From contig NC_092672.1 in the NCBI RefSeq assembly GCF_964355755.1, positions 14,198,001-14,262,000 on the forward strand: DNA of 64,000 nt, in the 5' to 3' direction. Source of the stretch: Antedon mediterranea (lineage: Eukaryota > Animalia > Echinodermata). A program made the position numbers and the translations under genes. Position 1 is the stretch's first letter. Each line of letters opens with the position of its first letter. The notes under the pieces were generated by a model that was not told the origin of the DNA, made no database searches, and saw only the letters and a program-made list of their open reading frames with translations. This document shows, one piece after another, positions 43,501-57,700 of the stretch.

Positions 43501-46500
43501 AGGTAATTTGTAAAATTATGCAGTATCATATCAATTTTTTAAATGTTGGGTATTTATTGTACAGTATAAGCAAACATTCATGATCAACTATTTAACTATG
43601 TCTACTCCACTGGTGAAACTAGAAAGCCACTCCGAGATTGCATACCTCCAACTGTAAAATTCTCCTACATAAGATTTCTCCAGAAAAAATATCACATCTT
43701 TTTGTGTGTGTCTTAATGCAGTGTGTGATTTAGGCTAATTTAACTACAAGCATGTGTATGCGAATTTGGTGTAATGGTTATGTAACAAGCCTTTCATTTA
43801 ACAATAGTTTCAGTTGACTAATAATAGAACAGCAACGCGAAAAACAAACGAGTGAATTTGAAAAGAAATGGGTTTTTTTACAACTGCTCGTACATTAAAT
43901 CATTTATGTCATGTTTTAAAATGACAATTATTACAAATTATAACTCTTGCAACTTGTACAAAAATTAAGTTTTTTGGATAAGTAGTTCTTGAGAAAATGC
44001 AATTTTAATTTACTTATTACTTGAGACTGCTCATCGGCTTTTGAAATTTCTGTCCTATCTTTTAACACTAGCAGGTCTGAAAATAATGCTAAAAAGTTGT
44101 CTAGAATTTGGACCGTGGTCCGGATTGCCACCAAAATTTAATGGAGTGACCAGTCCTTCTGTTTTTTTTCATTTTGGTAAAGATCTTGCAATAACTTTTT
44201 TAGTAATCCTGCTAACAAAGAGACAATTCATATACTTCTTGGCGGAGGTAAAAAATATGAATTTACTTGACTATGTCTGTATGTCCTCAATACATTATAT
44301 TATTAATAGATATATAACATGGCAACAAGGAGCTGAAATAAAAATTTGATATAATAGAGAAACTAATACAGAGGTAAAGATTCAAATATAAATTTTCTTA
44401 ATTTATATATATCTAAATATTATCAGATGTGTTTCAAAATTATTATTTAATTTGTATATGCAAATTGTCTTGTTTGTAGCCACATGCGTTAATAGGTCGA
44501 GTACAAGCCAGTTTAAGTCTTGAGGAGCAAGCCATGTTAGCTTCTATTACCAATCATGATTCCATGTCATCAGTATTAATGCCTATTAAAAGTGTTGGAG
44601 TTCAGGTATGTTGATTTCCATCTAATTCATTCTCATTAAATTTTACCCCTATTTTAGTACATAAAACCAAGGCAATCTAACAACAGGAAGCTGAGTTCGA
44701 CATTGCCAAGTCGGAACAGTCCGTTGATCTTATGTCTGACTGTGACAAACAGTATACTGTACTATGTACATATTCGCTGCGGTGTCGGTTAACCAAACAT
44801 TTGAGAAAGCCAATTGTCCAATCAAAAAGTTTAGGGGTGTGGAACTGATTCGTGTCGCAGCCACCCTTTGGTCTCTGGAGCTCAGCATCCTGTTGCCTTG
44901 ATAAAACACATCCTTCTCAATTCTTGTTGGGCAACATTGATCTCATAAGGATGTTGGAGCTCTAACAACCACTAACTTAATAAAATTAAGATCATATACC
45001 TGAATTATATATAGTTATTAGGGAGGGTTCATAATGTTACTAATACGATACAAAAACAGATGCATCGTACATTTGTTAACCTAAAGATTGACCAAATAAA
45101 CAAAATTATAGTTTTATTAAATTCATCTTTTAGGGTGATGGAAGAACTTATAGTTATGTAGCAGGGTTATCATGTGACGGCTCACCTGATTGGGAAAATC
45201 TTATACAGCTAGCAAAGATGATCCCCAAGATTTGTCATAATATAAACAGGTAAGCGTTGCAGTATACAAAGAGTATTTATTTTTTAATTTAAAAAAAATA
45301 AAAAACATATAAGTCTGAATTGTTTATGAATGACAAGAAAATGCATATAAAAATACTCAACACACAAATATATGAGTCATGGGAAAAAAAGTACAACAAT
45401 CATGATAGACCTTGAACTGAAGGGAATGCATCTTAAGATATAAAATTTTATTGGAAAATCAACAAGGCTTTAACTGCTAGTATTCTGCATTTTCAACAAG
45501 ATGTGTGTATATCTGTCCTCTAATAAATTCACTATTGGCAATATGCCAACCTAAAACACAACCTTCAGCGGTGTGGACGCTTTATGAAATATAATCTTAT
45601 CAACATAACTTTTAATGTTATTTGGATAGTTTATTTCCTTATTAAAACTGACACTAGAAGAACGAGGTTGTTGAATCTATTTGGAATCAATTTACTGAGA
45701 TTTATGACATGTTATATTCAAATAATTTTCACTTGTTTTTGGTAGAAAAAATAAATTGTATTAAAATTAACTATGTTAATTTCAATTGCAATTTATTTCC
45801 ACAATATAATAAATACATACATAAATGCAATTAAGTGATTATGTGGGGAGAGTCATATAACTCATGAAGACTTGACCCATGTAGTTAGTAAAATTTTATG
45901 TCATAGAAACCCTACCAGGCCCTACCTTTCTGTCATAGGTCGTGTTCGTACGGTGGTTAAAATAAGCGCTTAATTTCACCCATGCCTCGGGTTATAAATT
46001 GAGCGTCGTTCGTACTTGAAATATTTAACCGCTTAAATGCTTAATCGACGAATCACAAACCGGAAATTACGTTTTAAGGTCAGTTGTCTTTACAACCTAC
46101 GACCCCATTTTCGCACGCTAGTTTCGTGTTGTATATTTTTTACTCGCGATCTTTCTTTACAATAACAATTACTTGCTACCTTTTACACTGCTTATCCTTG
46201 CGACAAACCTTATGCCTCTTAACGCCGATAATCCTGCCGAAATATGCCTTCTCCTGACGACTATTATTTTACTCATTGACGAAGAATTTGAGCCCAATGT
46301 TACACGACGGAAACACCACCGACCAGCGGCTCCCCGACCAGCTAGGCCTACTAAGCGGTCTACACCAACAAGGACAGCACCAGCTGACGATCGCTCTCGA
46401 AGCGTGTATGGAAGAGCTTCGTAGGAGAAATGACCGGCCTAGGCAGCGAACGTTTGTCAAAATTTGACACATTGCCTCTATCGGAGATTTATTATCCTCG

Positions 46501-49500
46501 AAGGCCGAGTATAATTGGATTATCGCTGAAATAACCTGCAAATTTGGTGAACATTTTACCTCGAATTTTTTGTAGCCTGAGGCAAAAGTTAATTGGATCA
46601 CGCGAACGGAAATCGGGAATAAGCTGGTATTTTCAACCCCTACGAACAGGCCCATAGATTTAAATTTTACCCCTAGTAGCAAGTATGTCAGCAGCAGCAA
46701 TAATTTGTTGACTTCAGACTGGCCTTCTAAATGTTTGTGTCTTTGTGTACAGATGTAAACAAATGTATTTAAACATGATAGCTTGTTTTTATTGAATCTA
46801 CTGAGACTAGTGATTAGACCTCATTAACTCTGGCACCAACTATGCTAAACTTCTAGCCTAATATTTGACTCAAGTGTCTCTGACAAGAATGCTAAAACCT
46901 GGCCTAGCCTACCATGTGTGAATGAGGTGATTTAATTATATACAGTACTACCACATAATACAGTAATAAGCTAATATTATATAAAACTGGCCTTTTTTTT
47001 CAATTCAGCCGCTGGTACTAATAGCATACCATTTCCCAGCACTCCCCACCCCTAGCAACATTTTTACCACACTAATATATTAATTTATATACTATAATTT
47101 CCATACAATCAATAAAGAAAAAATAATTTGATGGCATTTTCTACATACGTAGCTTATTAGCAAAATATTTGTTGTATACTGTAGTTATAATTGTCTTATA
47201 CATGATTTGTTTGTTTTATAGAGTTGTTTTTATATTTGGAAAGCCAGTAAATGAAGCAATACAAGACATAACGCCCACGTTTCTAACACCAAATGTTCTT
47301 GGAACTTTAAGACAAGCTGATCACTATGCACAGCTTATACTCAAGGAGAGTGGTATGTAAACCAAAAACAGATTTACTAGAGGTTTTTCATGAGATAATA
47401 GAGATTTTCACGTCCACTATGTTGACTGCCCTTTGCAAAAAAGCCGTATACGATCCGTATACGTTTTCAACGTATACGATCCGTATATGTTTTCAACGTA
47501 TACGGATCGTATCAAGGCAGTGTATACGAATCGTATACGATTTCACTGTTTACGTTATTTCCACTCTGTTGCTCCACAAAGAGTTGGCGTCGTATACGTT
47601 TAGCATACGTTCGTATACGTTGTTTATTCATGATAAGAATATCGTATACGGGACATATACGAATCATATATGAACAAACTAAGCCATTTTATAAATTATA
47701 ATAGCAGTAATGAGTAGAATAGAGCTAAATAAAACATTTCAATTGTCATTACAACAAATACGTACGTAGGCTCTCTGGCCTAGGCCTAGCTAGCACCAGC
47801 CATTAGATAGGCCTAGTCTAGTAGTATTAATATTATTAGTAAGTAGTAGGAGCTAGTACATAAGATCATATTTACTTCTATTTATTAGATAGCATAGGCT
47901 ACCGATAAAATTCAAACGTTTTTCGCAAAGTAAAGTACGCTAAACAGGTATACTACTAGGTAGGCCTAGAAAAACAAGGGGCCATTTTCACAAATCAACG
48001 ATGTTGTTTGCAGTTTTCCTTTATAAAATATGACAGAGGTCAGTAAGTTCAGCCGCCGACGATGACCGAGCGTCGCTCGGTTGCCTACAGTTCCAACTCG
48101 TGGTCGACTCGGCTCCCTGGTGGCCAATCATGCATATCATCGGGTACGTCGTTCGATCCTCTCAATTCGTCACGCCACGTGCAAGCTTTGGGTGGTCAAA
48201 TTACATCGTTATGTTAAGCGATATTATTCCGCGGCGTGTGTTGTAGCAATGGAGATGGGGTAACAATAATTCGGCAAATAATGCCGAAGAGGAAAACCAT
48301 GACCCAAACCAGAAGTGGGGTCATTATATAATAATAATTATTATTTAACGATGAATACAATCGGATTTTGAATATGAAGTTGATCACTTCCGTAGAAAAA
48401 AAAAAAAAAAAATTAGTGGTTATAGTAAATACAATTATATCGAATTTCAATTTATTCCCGGTAGCGAACAGATTGAATTGCTTTCATTTATCTCAGCGGT
48501 ATTTCTGCTTGGTGATTAAGAAATCATAAAACATATCTTTCTTTATTTTCATGGTATTCCAATATGTTTAAAAAATAACTACCCTCAACTGTAAATAACA
48601 AATTAAATAAGTCTACTAAACATTGTTGATTTCCCATGGACCCAACAATACCCCAACTATTTCATTAATAATTGTTTATTTGTAACAGTTTATTATTATT
48701 GAAATCCTTGTCCTTTGTTAATTCAATTGTGTGACAATTAAATTAGATTGTACATGCTGATGCTGTATATTATGTAAAAAGATGATTCATGGTTATCAGA
48801 TTCTTAAAAAAGATCAAAAATTTTGAATTCTCTGAATGTGTTCTATATCTTTATTTGGAGTTAGACTCGTACTACATTCATTAAAATGATAAACAAATAG
48901 CCGGCAGGCGTGTGTACAGAGGGGGCACAAAAAAACTATTACCTACTAATATTGTACACAGTTTTATTACATCCTTTTTTTAAGTAACACATATTCAATA
49001 TTATAGTAAAACCTCAATACGTAGTTACGAGGCGATATCAACTAGGCTCATAGTTGTTTACCACTCCACGCCAATGATATGAATAAAGCCTATCTTATTA
49101 AATAGTATCGCGGCCGCGCATATACAACAAAAAGTTACAAAGGTTCACATATTTATATTAACGATTTTTTTTTAAATTTACGAATTAAATAAATAAAAAT
49201 AATTAAATACCGCTCGGCTTATCAATGATGGAGGCATAAAAATGGGGGCGTGGGGTACCTTTTTACCAGGGAGATGTAAAATAATTATTTAACAAACATT
49301 TACCTGGTTGGTTTTACTACGTTCGCGTACAATTTATCATTTGGATTTTTTAGGTTATATGTAGGTTATGTTAAATTGTATTTATCAGTGACAACTCTAG
49401 GAAATTTACAGCAATTAGTTCTGTGTGCCTAAAATAGTAAAATGCTCTAAAAAGTCGGAGCTTCTTTTTTGTATTTCTGGCTGTTGAATGTTTTGTTGGC

Positions 49501-51752
49501 ACCCCCTAACTCTGCAACGATGATATCCATAATGCATCGTATTTCCATTTCACCGTTGTTGATATACTACTAGCTAGAGTAGGTTATTAAAATAATACAA
49601 TATAAAAAACCAAATCTAATATATGGGGGAAAGCTAGCTAGCTTATTTTCACAATGAGTGTATTTTTCGTAGGCCTAGTTACTCTTAGTTTACTAGAGCT
49701 GCTGCAGTAGCTACGTTGTACTGCATATTCGATATATACAATTACAATATGCCTATAGCCTAGCTAGCTAGAAGTCATCGAATTTACTATCTACTTGGGC
49801 CTACTGTAACTAGGCCTACATCCCATTTTTTATTCTTTTATGGTGAGTTAAAACCCGTAGCCAAAAAATCAACAATGATGATTGAAAATGAATGAAATCT
49901 GATCCATCCATGTGATGCATGCATGCAGCACACATAACACAGGCACGTTTTGGGCGAATTTATTTGGATCATTCCATATATATAATAGGGAGCCACATGT
50001 ATTCTACATTTTTATTAAATCGTAATTTATGGATTTTACTTACTCGTTTTAAATTTAATATACTGCGGGCCCAATTTAATATTTATTTATTTATTTCCAA
50101 GTACATTAATATTATTTAAAGCACTTTCAAATTAATAACAGCACATTTTGTGTGATTGACTTATTAATGGAACATACAAAAGGTGAAGAAATAGCAGAGG
50201 GGATAAACAAGGCAGAACAGCCTGGGTGGGTTTTTATGCTTGCTAGAAAAACAACGTCTCGTAAAATACAGCACCAATTTTTTTCATTCGCGAAAACTAT
50301 AAACTAAATCATCATAGGGAATTTAATGTACATATACCGACTGAAAAAAAAACCAAATTGTACACTAATTATTGAAGTCAAGATGCTCCTGCCATCGTAA
50401 ACGTATGCTATTGTCGTCTTGTAAAAAGAGGGACAGTCCCTTTTCGCTTGGTATTATGATGCAGTTTGTATACACGCGTCGTCGTATACGGATCGTATAA
50501 TTAGGAAATTGTTTATAAATGATCGTATATGATTCGTATATGTTTATTATGCGCGCAGGAACTTCCGAATTGACGTATACGTTTCGTATACGAAGTGGAC
50601 TTCCTATACGAAACATAGAAAATGAATTTGATTCAGAGTTGATGACAAAAATGTAAAATCTAAATAAAATGTAAAATCTAAATAAAGAAATGTTTTTAAA
50701 TGTTGATTTCTGCCAAATGTTGACATTTTTATTGTTAACTTGTGTGCAATTAGTTTTGGAAATTTACATTTTTGACTTCACAAAGTGTACAAACCCTGAA
50801 AATATAAGTAATTATAATAAATTATTTTATTCCAGGCTTCTACAACAAAATTAGTCAAATGCCAGTCATTTTAATTCCGGTGCACTTTGATCGTGATCCT
50901 GTGTTACGCAAGCCATCATGTCAGCGCAGTATTGTCATTAGAACTTTCATTACCAACGATTTTATGACAGGGGTACCTGCTATACCAGGCAAACATTTAC
51001 CAGAAGAGGTAAGTAATCTTACAAATGATTCGTTGATGTTTTAGTTTTTTTTTATGCAGAAAAACATTTGTGGTTTCTTCATCATTTCTTTTCTGTAATA
51101 CAGTTTTTCAGCTAGCAAGAAGAAATTCATAGATGACATCAGCATACTCATCAATATTAAATAATCATAACAATACATACAAGATGAACTTGTATGGTAA
51201 ACACACAAAAATTCAGTTCTATTTTCTTCTGATTAAATTTCACATCACATTTGCATATTATAGTGTACCACTTGCTCTCACCCACTTGAATGTAACGACG
51301 TGATAGATCATTCAAACTGTCGCTTCTGATTGGTCACTTGTGTTGCACATACGTCATTGCGTTGTTTCTACGTGGGAACTTATTAAGTGCTAAAGTCCAA
51401 TATTGCTGCTGTTGAATAAGCACAACTGGCACTTAACGTGTAATAATAATAACAACTTTATTTTAAAACGGATGCAACACTTGAATCACCATATTGGTGT
51501 TTATCTAATCACAAGGTATCATTTACAGTACATATGATTTAAAAACTATACAACAACAAAAAAAAGATTTCATGAAAAACATTAACACTGCCTTGTTGTG
51601 TGTGAATAAATTATGTAAAAATAAAGTATCTTTTTTTAACTACCTATCAGGTGTTGAGTGAGATTGCTAAAAAAGTCAAGACAATCCCTGGTATTTCACG
51701 TGTTTTATATGATTTGACTGCTAAACCACCTGGAACAACTGAGTGGGAGTAA
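31531..51752 (+). CDS. GMPS: GMP synthase (glutamine-hydrolysing), ~696 aa
   Basis: Fifteen in-frame coding exons: 31531-31659, 32113-32204, 34489-34603, 38878-39079, 39686-39879, 40329-40382, 40622-40733, 40962-41171, 41605-41823, 43387-43502, 44480-44605, 45134-45249, 47222-47352, 50836-51008, 51651-51752. Motifs: [24 protein letters not shown] (catalytic Cys), [14 protein letters not shown] (PP-loop), [24 protein letters not shown]. Confidence 0.97.
32367..33693. repeat. 1.3-kb minisatellite, 22/24-bp unit GGCCTGAATACCCCAAG(A)5/7
   Basis: More than 50 near-identical tandem units in a GMPS intron, differing mainly in A-run length. Confidence 0.97.
34672..38355 (+). mobile_element. Internally deleted Academ-like DNA transposon with spliced transposase remnants
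   Basis: TIR TAGGCCTTACGG(T/C)GAAG(A/C)TGAAA with further inverted homology (TTCCTCAT.AAGCATAAT, AAAAGTTCCAC) and a 3-bp TSD AAA. The ORF at 34941 contains [10 protein letters not shown] and ends at a donor near 35249. A later piece reads [19 protein letters not shown]../[12 protein letters not shown]. Confidence 0.75.
37420..37705. repeat. Tandem repeat, ~28-29 bp unit AACCATGAGAATATAATAATAAAAACTGT
   Basis: About 10 copies inside the Academ-like element. Confidence 0.85.
39353..39432 (-). mobile_element. tRNA-derived SINE head or tRNA pseudogene
   Basis: Minus strand GTGGCTTGGTGGTTA (A box) ... GGGTTCAAGTCCC (B box/T arm) with tRNA-like spacing. The acceptor stem is poor. Confidence 0.55.
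42150..42255 (+). mobile_element. SINE central-domain fragment (Deu-domain-like)
   Basis: GTCTTCTCGGGAAAGACTATAAACCG..GTCC..GTGCACTTTAAAGAA resembles the conserved core of deuterostome SINEs, as recalled from memory. Confidence 0.4.
42310..43125 (+). mobile_element. CR1/L2-group LINE 3' fragment (RT C-terminus)
   Basis: [53 protein letters not shown] in the ORF ending at 42930, then a 3' UTR with AATAAA near 43102. Confidence 0.8.
45938..46653. mobile_element. Harbinger-like non-autonomous element
   Basis: TIR GGTCGTGTTCGTACGGTGGTTAAAATA matches the reverse complement GGGCCTGTTCGTAGGGGTTGAAAATA. 3-bp TSD ATA and a CpG-rich interior. Confidence 0.7.
47428..50615. mobile_element. Putative large DNA element bounded by CGTATACG-rich subterminal arrays
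   Basis: Clusters of CGTATACG and GATCCGTATA motifs at 47445-47675 and 50400-50615. A clean TIR and TSD were not found. Confidence 0.4.
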
Positions 51753-54711
51753 TTTTGGTCGACTACACCCAACAAGGCGTGTGACTTGTAGTGAGGCCAA
51801 CAGAATGCTAGTCTTTAAATGTGTCTTCCAAATGGTTTGATGAATGATGTTGCAGTTCTGTGATATATATAAAGCATAATATTCTCTGTTACTGGATACA
51901 CTATAAATTGGTTAACATAGTGTTCAGTGACTGCTTATTTATTTCTGTGGGGTATTTTAAATTTTGTAATGTGTGTATAATGTATTTAAATGCTAGAGTT
52001 AAGAAAGACTCGTGCAGTATGGCACCAAACACAGCTGAAGTTGTGCACATATACTTCTTAGCATGATTACACCAAGGCTTAAACATGTTGAAATGGTACA
52101 CTATTTTACATTTGTACATGTTGCTAAATATGTGTAAATAAATTAATAAACAAAAAGTTAAACTGTAAAGTATATAGATTATTTCAAATAATTTTATTTA
52201 CAGTATTGCATTATACTAGATAAATGTAAACGTAAGGCAAGTATTATTAATTAAAATTGAATTAAACATAACAGACATGCATGACAATTGGGCCAAATTG
52301 ATATCATGCCTTAGAGAGTTATGTGCAATAATATTGAAAATGAGAGAATGAATGGGGGTTACCAATAAAGGGCACTTTGCATTTATTAAAATATATATAC
52401 AATATTATAAAATGATGATTATTTTGGGCTATATACACACATTACTATATGCAATTGTTATACACATTTTGTCTATTGTGTGGGCATCATAATTATGTGT
52501 ATTTTTCCATTTGCATGCATAAACCATAGGTTTGATATTATGCTGCATTATGCATTAATAATTTTCATATATTATTGATGTACATTATGCATTAATAATT
52601 TTCATATATATTCATATATTTATTGATGTGCATTTGTTGAATAGTTCCTGCTTAATTTCCGCCTTTATCATCAACAAGTGTATAGATTATTTTTTATTAG
52701 CAAATTTCAATGTGGGGAAATTATGAATAGTGAACAGGATGTGCACACAATATACTTTCTTCAGCCCAAGTGTCCCCGTGTCGAGTGCTGCCACCAACCG
52801 GCACCTGTTCGTCTGTCCACAACCAATTGTATAGGCATTCGCTTGTCCAAATTGTATTCACCAAGGTATCATTCTACTCGTTTTCTTTTTTAATACAAAT
52901 TATATCAAATACCATACTACATGTCTTACATTACAAGTCGGTTTTAATATTTATACTATAAATTTGTATTCTATGAAGTTAAATATGAATCGGCTGGAAG
53001 GGCTTATGTCTAGGGTTGTTATGGATTATGATATTCTAGATAATTAATTGTACGAGGAATATTGTGAAAAGATGGCTGCAGTTTCCAAAAATTGCTTCAA
53101 ATTCCTTTCAACTGTATGTATTTTAAAATAAAAATGTCGCATTTTGTTTGCGATGAAAATACCATCCTGTGATTCACTTTATTGTAATAAAATATATATT
53201 GGTATCTTTATTTCAATAAAAACGTTGCTAATTTGTCTGTTAATTAAAATATTTTAAATAAGTAGACACTGTGTAATTGTTAATTGTCCGCATCTAAAGT
53301 GAAAATGGGATTGTCGATGATGCTTTCTAAACAGCCCTGTCACCTTTTTGACTGAATTGAAGAATGAGTGTTTTTTCTTTCTTCATGAATTTAATATTTT
53401 TGCTTGTTTATGTGCAATTTCTGAATAAATATACCGATATGCAATGTGCCATGGCAACCAATTAGTTGAATTGGGGCACTCACTTACATTCGTTATAAAC
53501 GAAAATCGCATGAGCCACCACCTCATGGAAGGCAGTACAAGAACCAAGACATGCCCTTTAGTACCCCAGACCAAGGGTGTCTCAGTAACCATATTTCAGG
53601 TACTGTCCACCAAGCAATAAGAAGCACACACGCTTCTGAACACTCCCGAAGCAAGCCACCTACACCGCTGTTAGTCCTCAATTCCACACAGCAACAGCAT
53701 TCCAAATATGGCAGTATCGTATCTTGCATCATAGAACGTTTAAGTATATATATGCCTTTTCATCTGTGTAGGTTCTTGTCATTTGATTAGAGGATGGGTC
53801 ACATGGTGTTCTATTGCACTCTTAATTATGTCATTGAGAGCACGATGTCATTATATTTTTGCGCCTTCACTTTAAAAATTAAGTAATATTCGACCAACAA
53901 TTTAAATAAATGTACACAATTTAATAATTTGATCATAAATAATGTAATAAGACTATATATACATATGTACTTTGACGTACAGTAACTGTCAAGTTTATAA
54001 TTTTATGGAAAATGTTATATCAATCTTTATTCAATACAATATTACAAAAGAAAACAAATTGACAATATCCACATGTTATTGCTTCACACCTGGTGAACTT
54101 ATAGTACATCTTAAGAATTTATTTTACAAAGAACTTGCAATGTATATGGAATGTGTGTTGAATAACAAGAATGGTGGTCAAGAAAAAAGTATATATTTAG
54201 AACCTAAAAGTAAAAACCCTAAACTCAATTTTAATATGAATTTATATTGCATACATTGTGGATTAACAGCAGCTGCAAAGCTCAATTTTATTTATGGTAT
54301 TTTTTGTTATCCTAAACCTGTGTTTACATGCTCATCTCTCAGTCAATTGTTTGATACTACTGTATACATTTTTCTGAGTTTGTAGTACAGTATAAGGTTA
54401 TAAGGTACATCACATCAGATAAAGCATTTATGTCAGATGTAACTCTAATATGATTCAGTTTAAATCACCTTATGTAGACTTTAAATAAACGAAAGCCAGA
54501 AAAACTAGAAACCTAAACATGAAATTTAATTCTTTGAATTTAATTATAGTCACATGACATTAAATCAATATTTATATCATTATCTGTGTAAACAACATCA
54601 ACCAGCAGATGTTCTATCCAAAATAACAGCTTGATTACTTTTGAAGGCTTGATTAAGGTAGAAAGAATTTAATATTTAGATAACACAAGATAACCTGTTG
54701 TGCAATTCAAT

Positions 54712-57700
54712 TTAATCCCAAGGACCCCAAACATCTTGGTGATATGCTGGATTAGCTCGCTCATCAAAATCTGGCCAGTAAGCTGGAACAGATGTATTAT
54801 AATAGTAGCCAAGTCTCTCTATCAATTGACTGACAACATCAGGATGAGATTGTGACACATCATAGTATTCATACGGGTCTGCTGTGATGTTGAACAGCCA
54901 AACTTGTTGGTTCGGGATGAGTAGAGGCTTAAATGCCTCTATACCAGAGTCTGGTACAGGAATCCATTCTCCATTGTTGGCCCCTGTAAACACAGAGATT
55001 ACATAATTTATGTTGAAAAAATTGTTTAGGTGATTATGGGGCAAGAGAAGTCTACAAAAGTAGCTATTAGGCAGCCAGGCAGTCTAATCTAATAGTTTGA
55101 TATTACATCGGTCAACGGTCAAGTTGTCTGAGCATTTCCAACAATGCTCTGGTAATCAACGCATTATTGCATCCCTTTATGAATGCATCTTATTTCTGCA
55201 TGCTTAAAAACATGAAAAATGAAGATTAATTAAATCAGACTTTGAATAGGTTATTTTGTAGTTTTGATAAAGTGAATCACTTCCGTAGAAAAAAAAACAG
55301 AAAAAATTATGTTTTCACTTATAAAATAACATGATAAATGGTTAAATTCAACCAAAAATCCATTGGCTGGCAGCCAATTTGACCATTTTTTGCTTTAAAT
55401 TCCATTTTTTTTCAGGTAAATTAATTTTTTTTCGATCAATTTTTGGTCGAAGTCAATAACTATTATGTGACATTAAAATGGCATATTCAACAAAAAAAAT
55501 TATTTTTCAGGGGGACAATACATCTTTAATGTGACAGAAGTAATTCATGCAAATTAGTGATAAAAGAAGTCATATCAGCAATGTATGCTCCCAGTGACTA
55601 ATTGGACAAAGGTCTTCAATCGCCAATTACATATTATTTCATTACGTCATTGTTTCACACTTGTTAGATTAGGATCATTATAGATTGTGAAGGCCACTCT
55701 TTACATTGATATAGATGTGAAGTAGATGCTAGAATAGATGATGCTGCTTTACAAACAATCAATTGCTAATTTGTTCTTTAAAAAAAATGTTATAAAGAAA
55801 AAAATTCCCAGTAGGTCTGTCAATTAACGTTACATAAATGGTTACTAATTAAAACGGTTGTTTGTCAATAAAGGTCAGTGGCGGATGTAGGGGAACGAAT
55901 ATGATGGCGAGCCACCCCGCTTAATTCTCCAAATGAAAAAAAAAATTATGCAACCAACTCTTTTAATTAAGAAGAGTAGGCCCAGAGCTAGGGTTAGCAT
56001 TATAGTTGTGTAGGTCTACATAGTGAATACTATTTATGAATTCAAGAGTTTAAAAAGAAAACATGATTTAAAATCTTCGGATAATACCCACAACTGAGTT
56101 ATTTTCCAAACACACACACCATCATCACATATTTCTAGCTTGCTCCTTGTTTGAATGCTGACGTCATCACTCTCCAAAAATACACCATTTTCCATTTCAG
56201 TTAATTACCGCCCTGGTCTGTGTGTGCACATACTAGAGTGGTCATCTTATTTACACCCCTGTATAGCGTAGAGTGTATAATATTGTGAACTTATTTCTCA
56301 CGTATGAAGGTTTTTTTCATAATAAGGGTATGCAGTATATTAAAATGATAAACGAGATGAATGGTGTTTTTTTTTATAATTTTATAGGTATAAAATAAAT
56401 ATGAAATGTCTTGTATGTACAAGGCCGAAAATGTGCGGCGAATTTGGCGCTTCATTGATTTTGTGTTATAGACACGACGATTACTGCAAGCATTGTATAC
56501 TAAATTTAATAAAGAGTTATTCACCAGGCTGTAGGGTGTATATCTGAGTTTAACAGATAAGACCACCACACAGTACACACACGGGCACTATATCGATGCA
56601 TTTCAAAGTACCGCGTGATCAAATTATCATTTCGTATAAAGTGTTTTTTTATCAAAGTTTATTATTAGTTCGTCAAAAAAGATCTGTGTAAGCATCTATT
56701 TTTCACAAAAAACGATCGGTAGGGGGACACCATCACCAAACCCACAGTGCACCTTATATGCCATTTTCATTCATGGCCACCCCGCCTCGTCAGATCCTAG
56801 ATCCGCCACTGAAGGTTACATAAATGGCTACCAATTAAAATGATTGTTTGTCAATAAAGGTTACATAAATGGTTACCAATTAAAACGGTTGTTTGTCAAT
56901 AAAGGTTACATAAATGGTTACCAATTAACACAGTTTGTCAATATAGGTTTACATGAATGGTTACCAAAAAAAGGCTGTTTGTTCAATAAAAACTGTAATA
57001 AACTAGCAAAAAAAGCAATAAATGGAAGCATGGTTAGAAATATGCTACAACTGTACTATCAACTAACAATTGGGCCACTTTGCTAAAAGTCACTGGTATT
57101 ATTGCACATGTAATCGATTATTTCACACAATTCATTGTTTTTCCATGCAGGAATCCTGTGGACTACCTAAATATAGTTAACAATACCTAACACTACACGA
57201 CACTAGAGTCTAAGAACACACAAACACTATGAAACAACCCCGAGATGGCCCAAAGAGTCCAAATTTCACAATACATTTAATTAAAACAGAAAAGAATATT
57301 AGAAAACATGATAAGTTTCTAGGTGTCTGGTCTTAAAGGTGCACTTATGTCAACATGGAACTCAACGCAACTTAACAGAAAGAAACTAGTTGGGTAAGAG
57401 AGCTTATGTCGACTTTTCGAGCAACTGATGGAGCTGAATTGAACCAGTGAGTGAGAAATTTTGTCGATACAAACTAATTGTAACTATTCATAGTTACTAT
57501 AACGCACACACGACACGATTTGTAGTTGTATAGGAGCAAGTATGCAGGAGCGCTTATGTAGAAATATCAAACTGATCACTACTGGTCGCAGTTACTGAAC
57601 GGAAAGGAACGGAAAGTCAACTAAGCTTTATATGACGACATTTTGTGTGCCCTTGTCAGTTCCAGTCAGTTGAGGTCAGTTGCTCAGAGTGCTTATGTCA

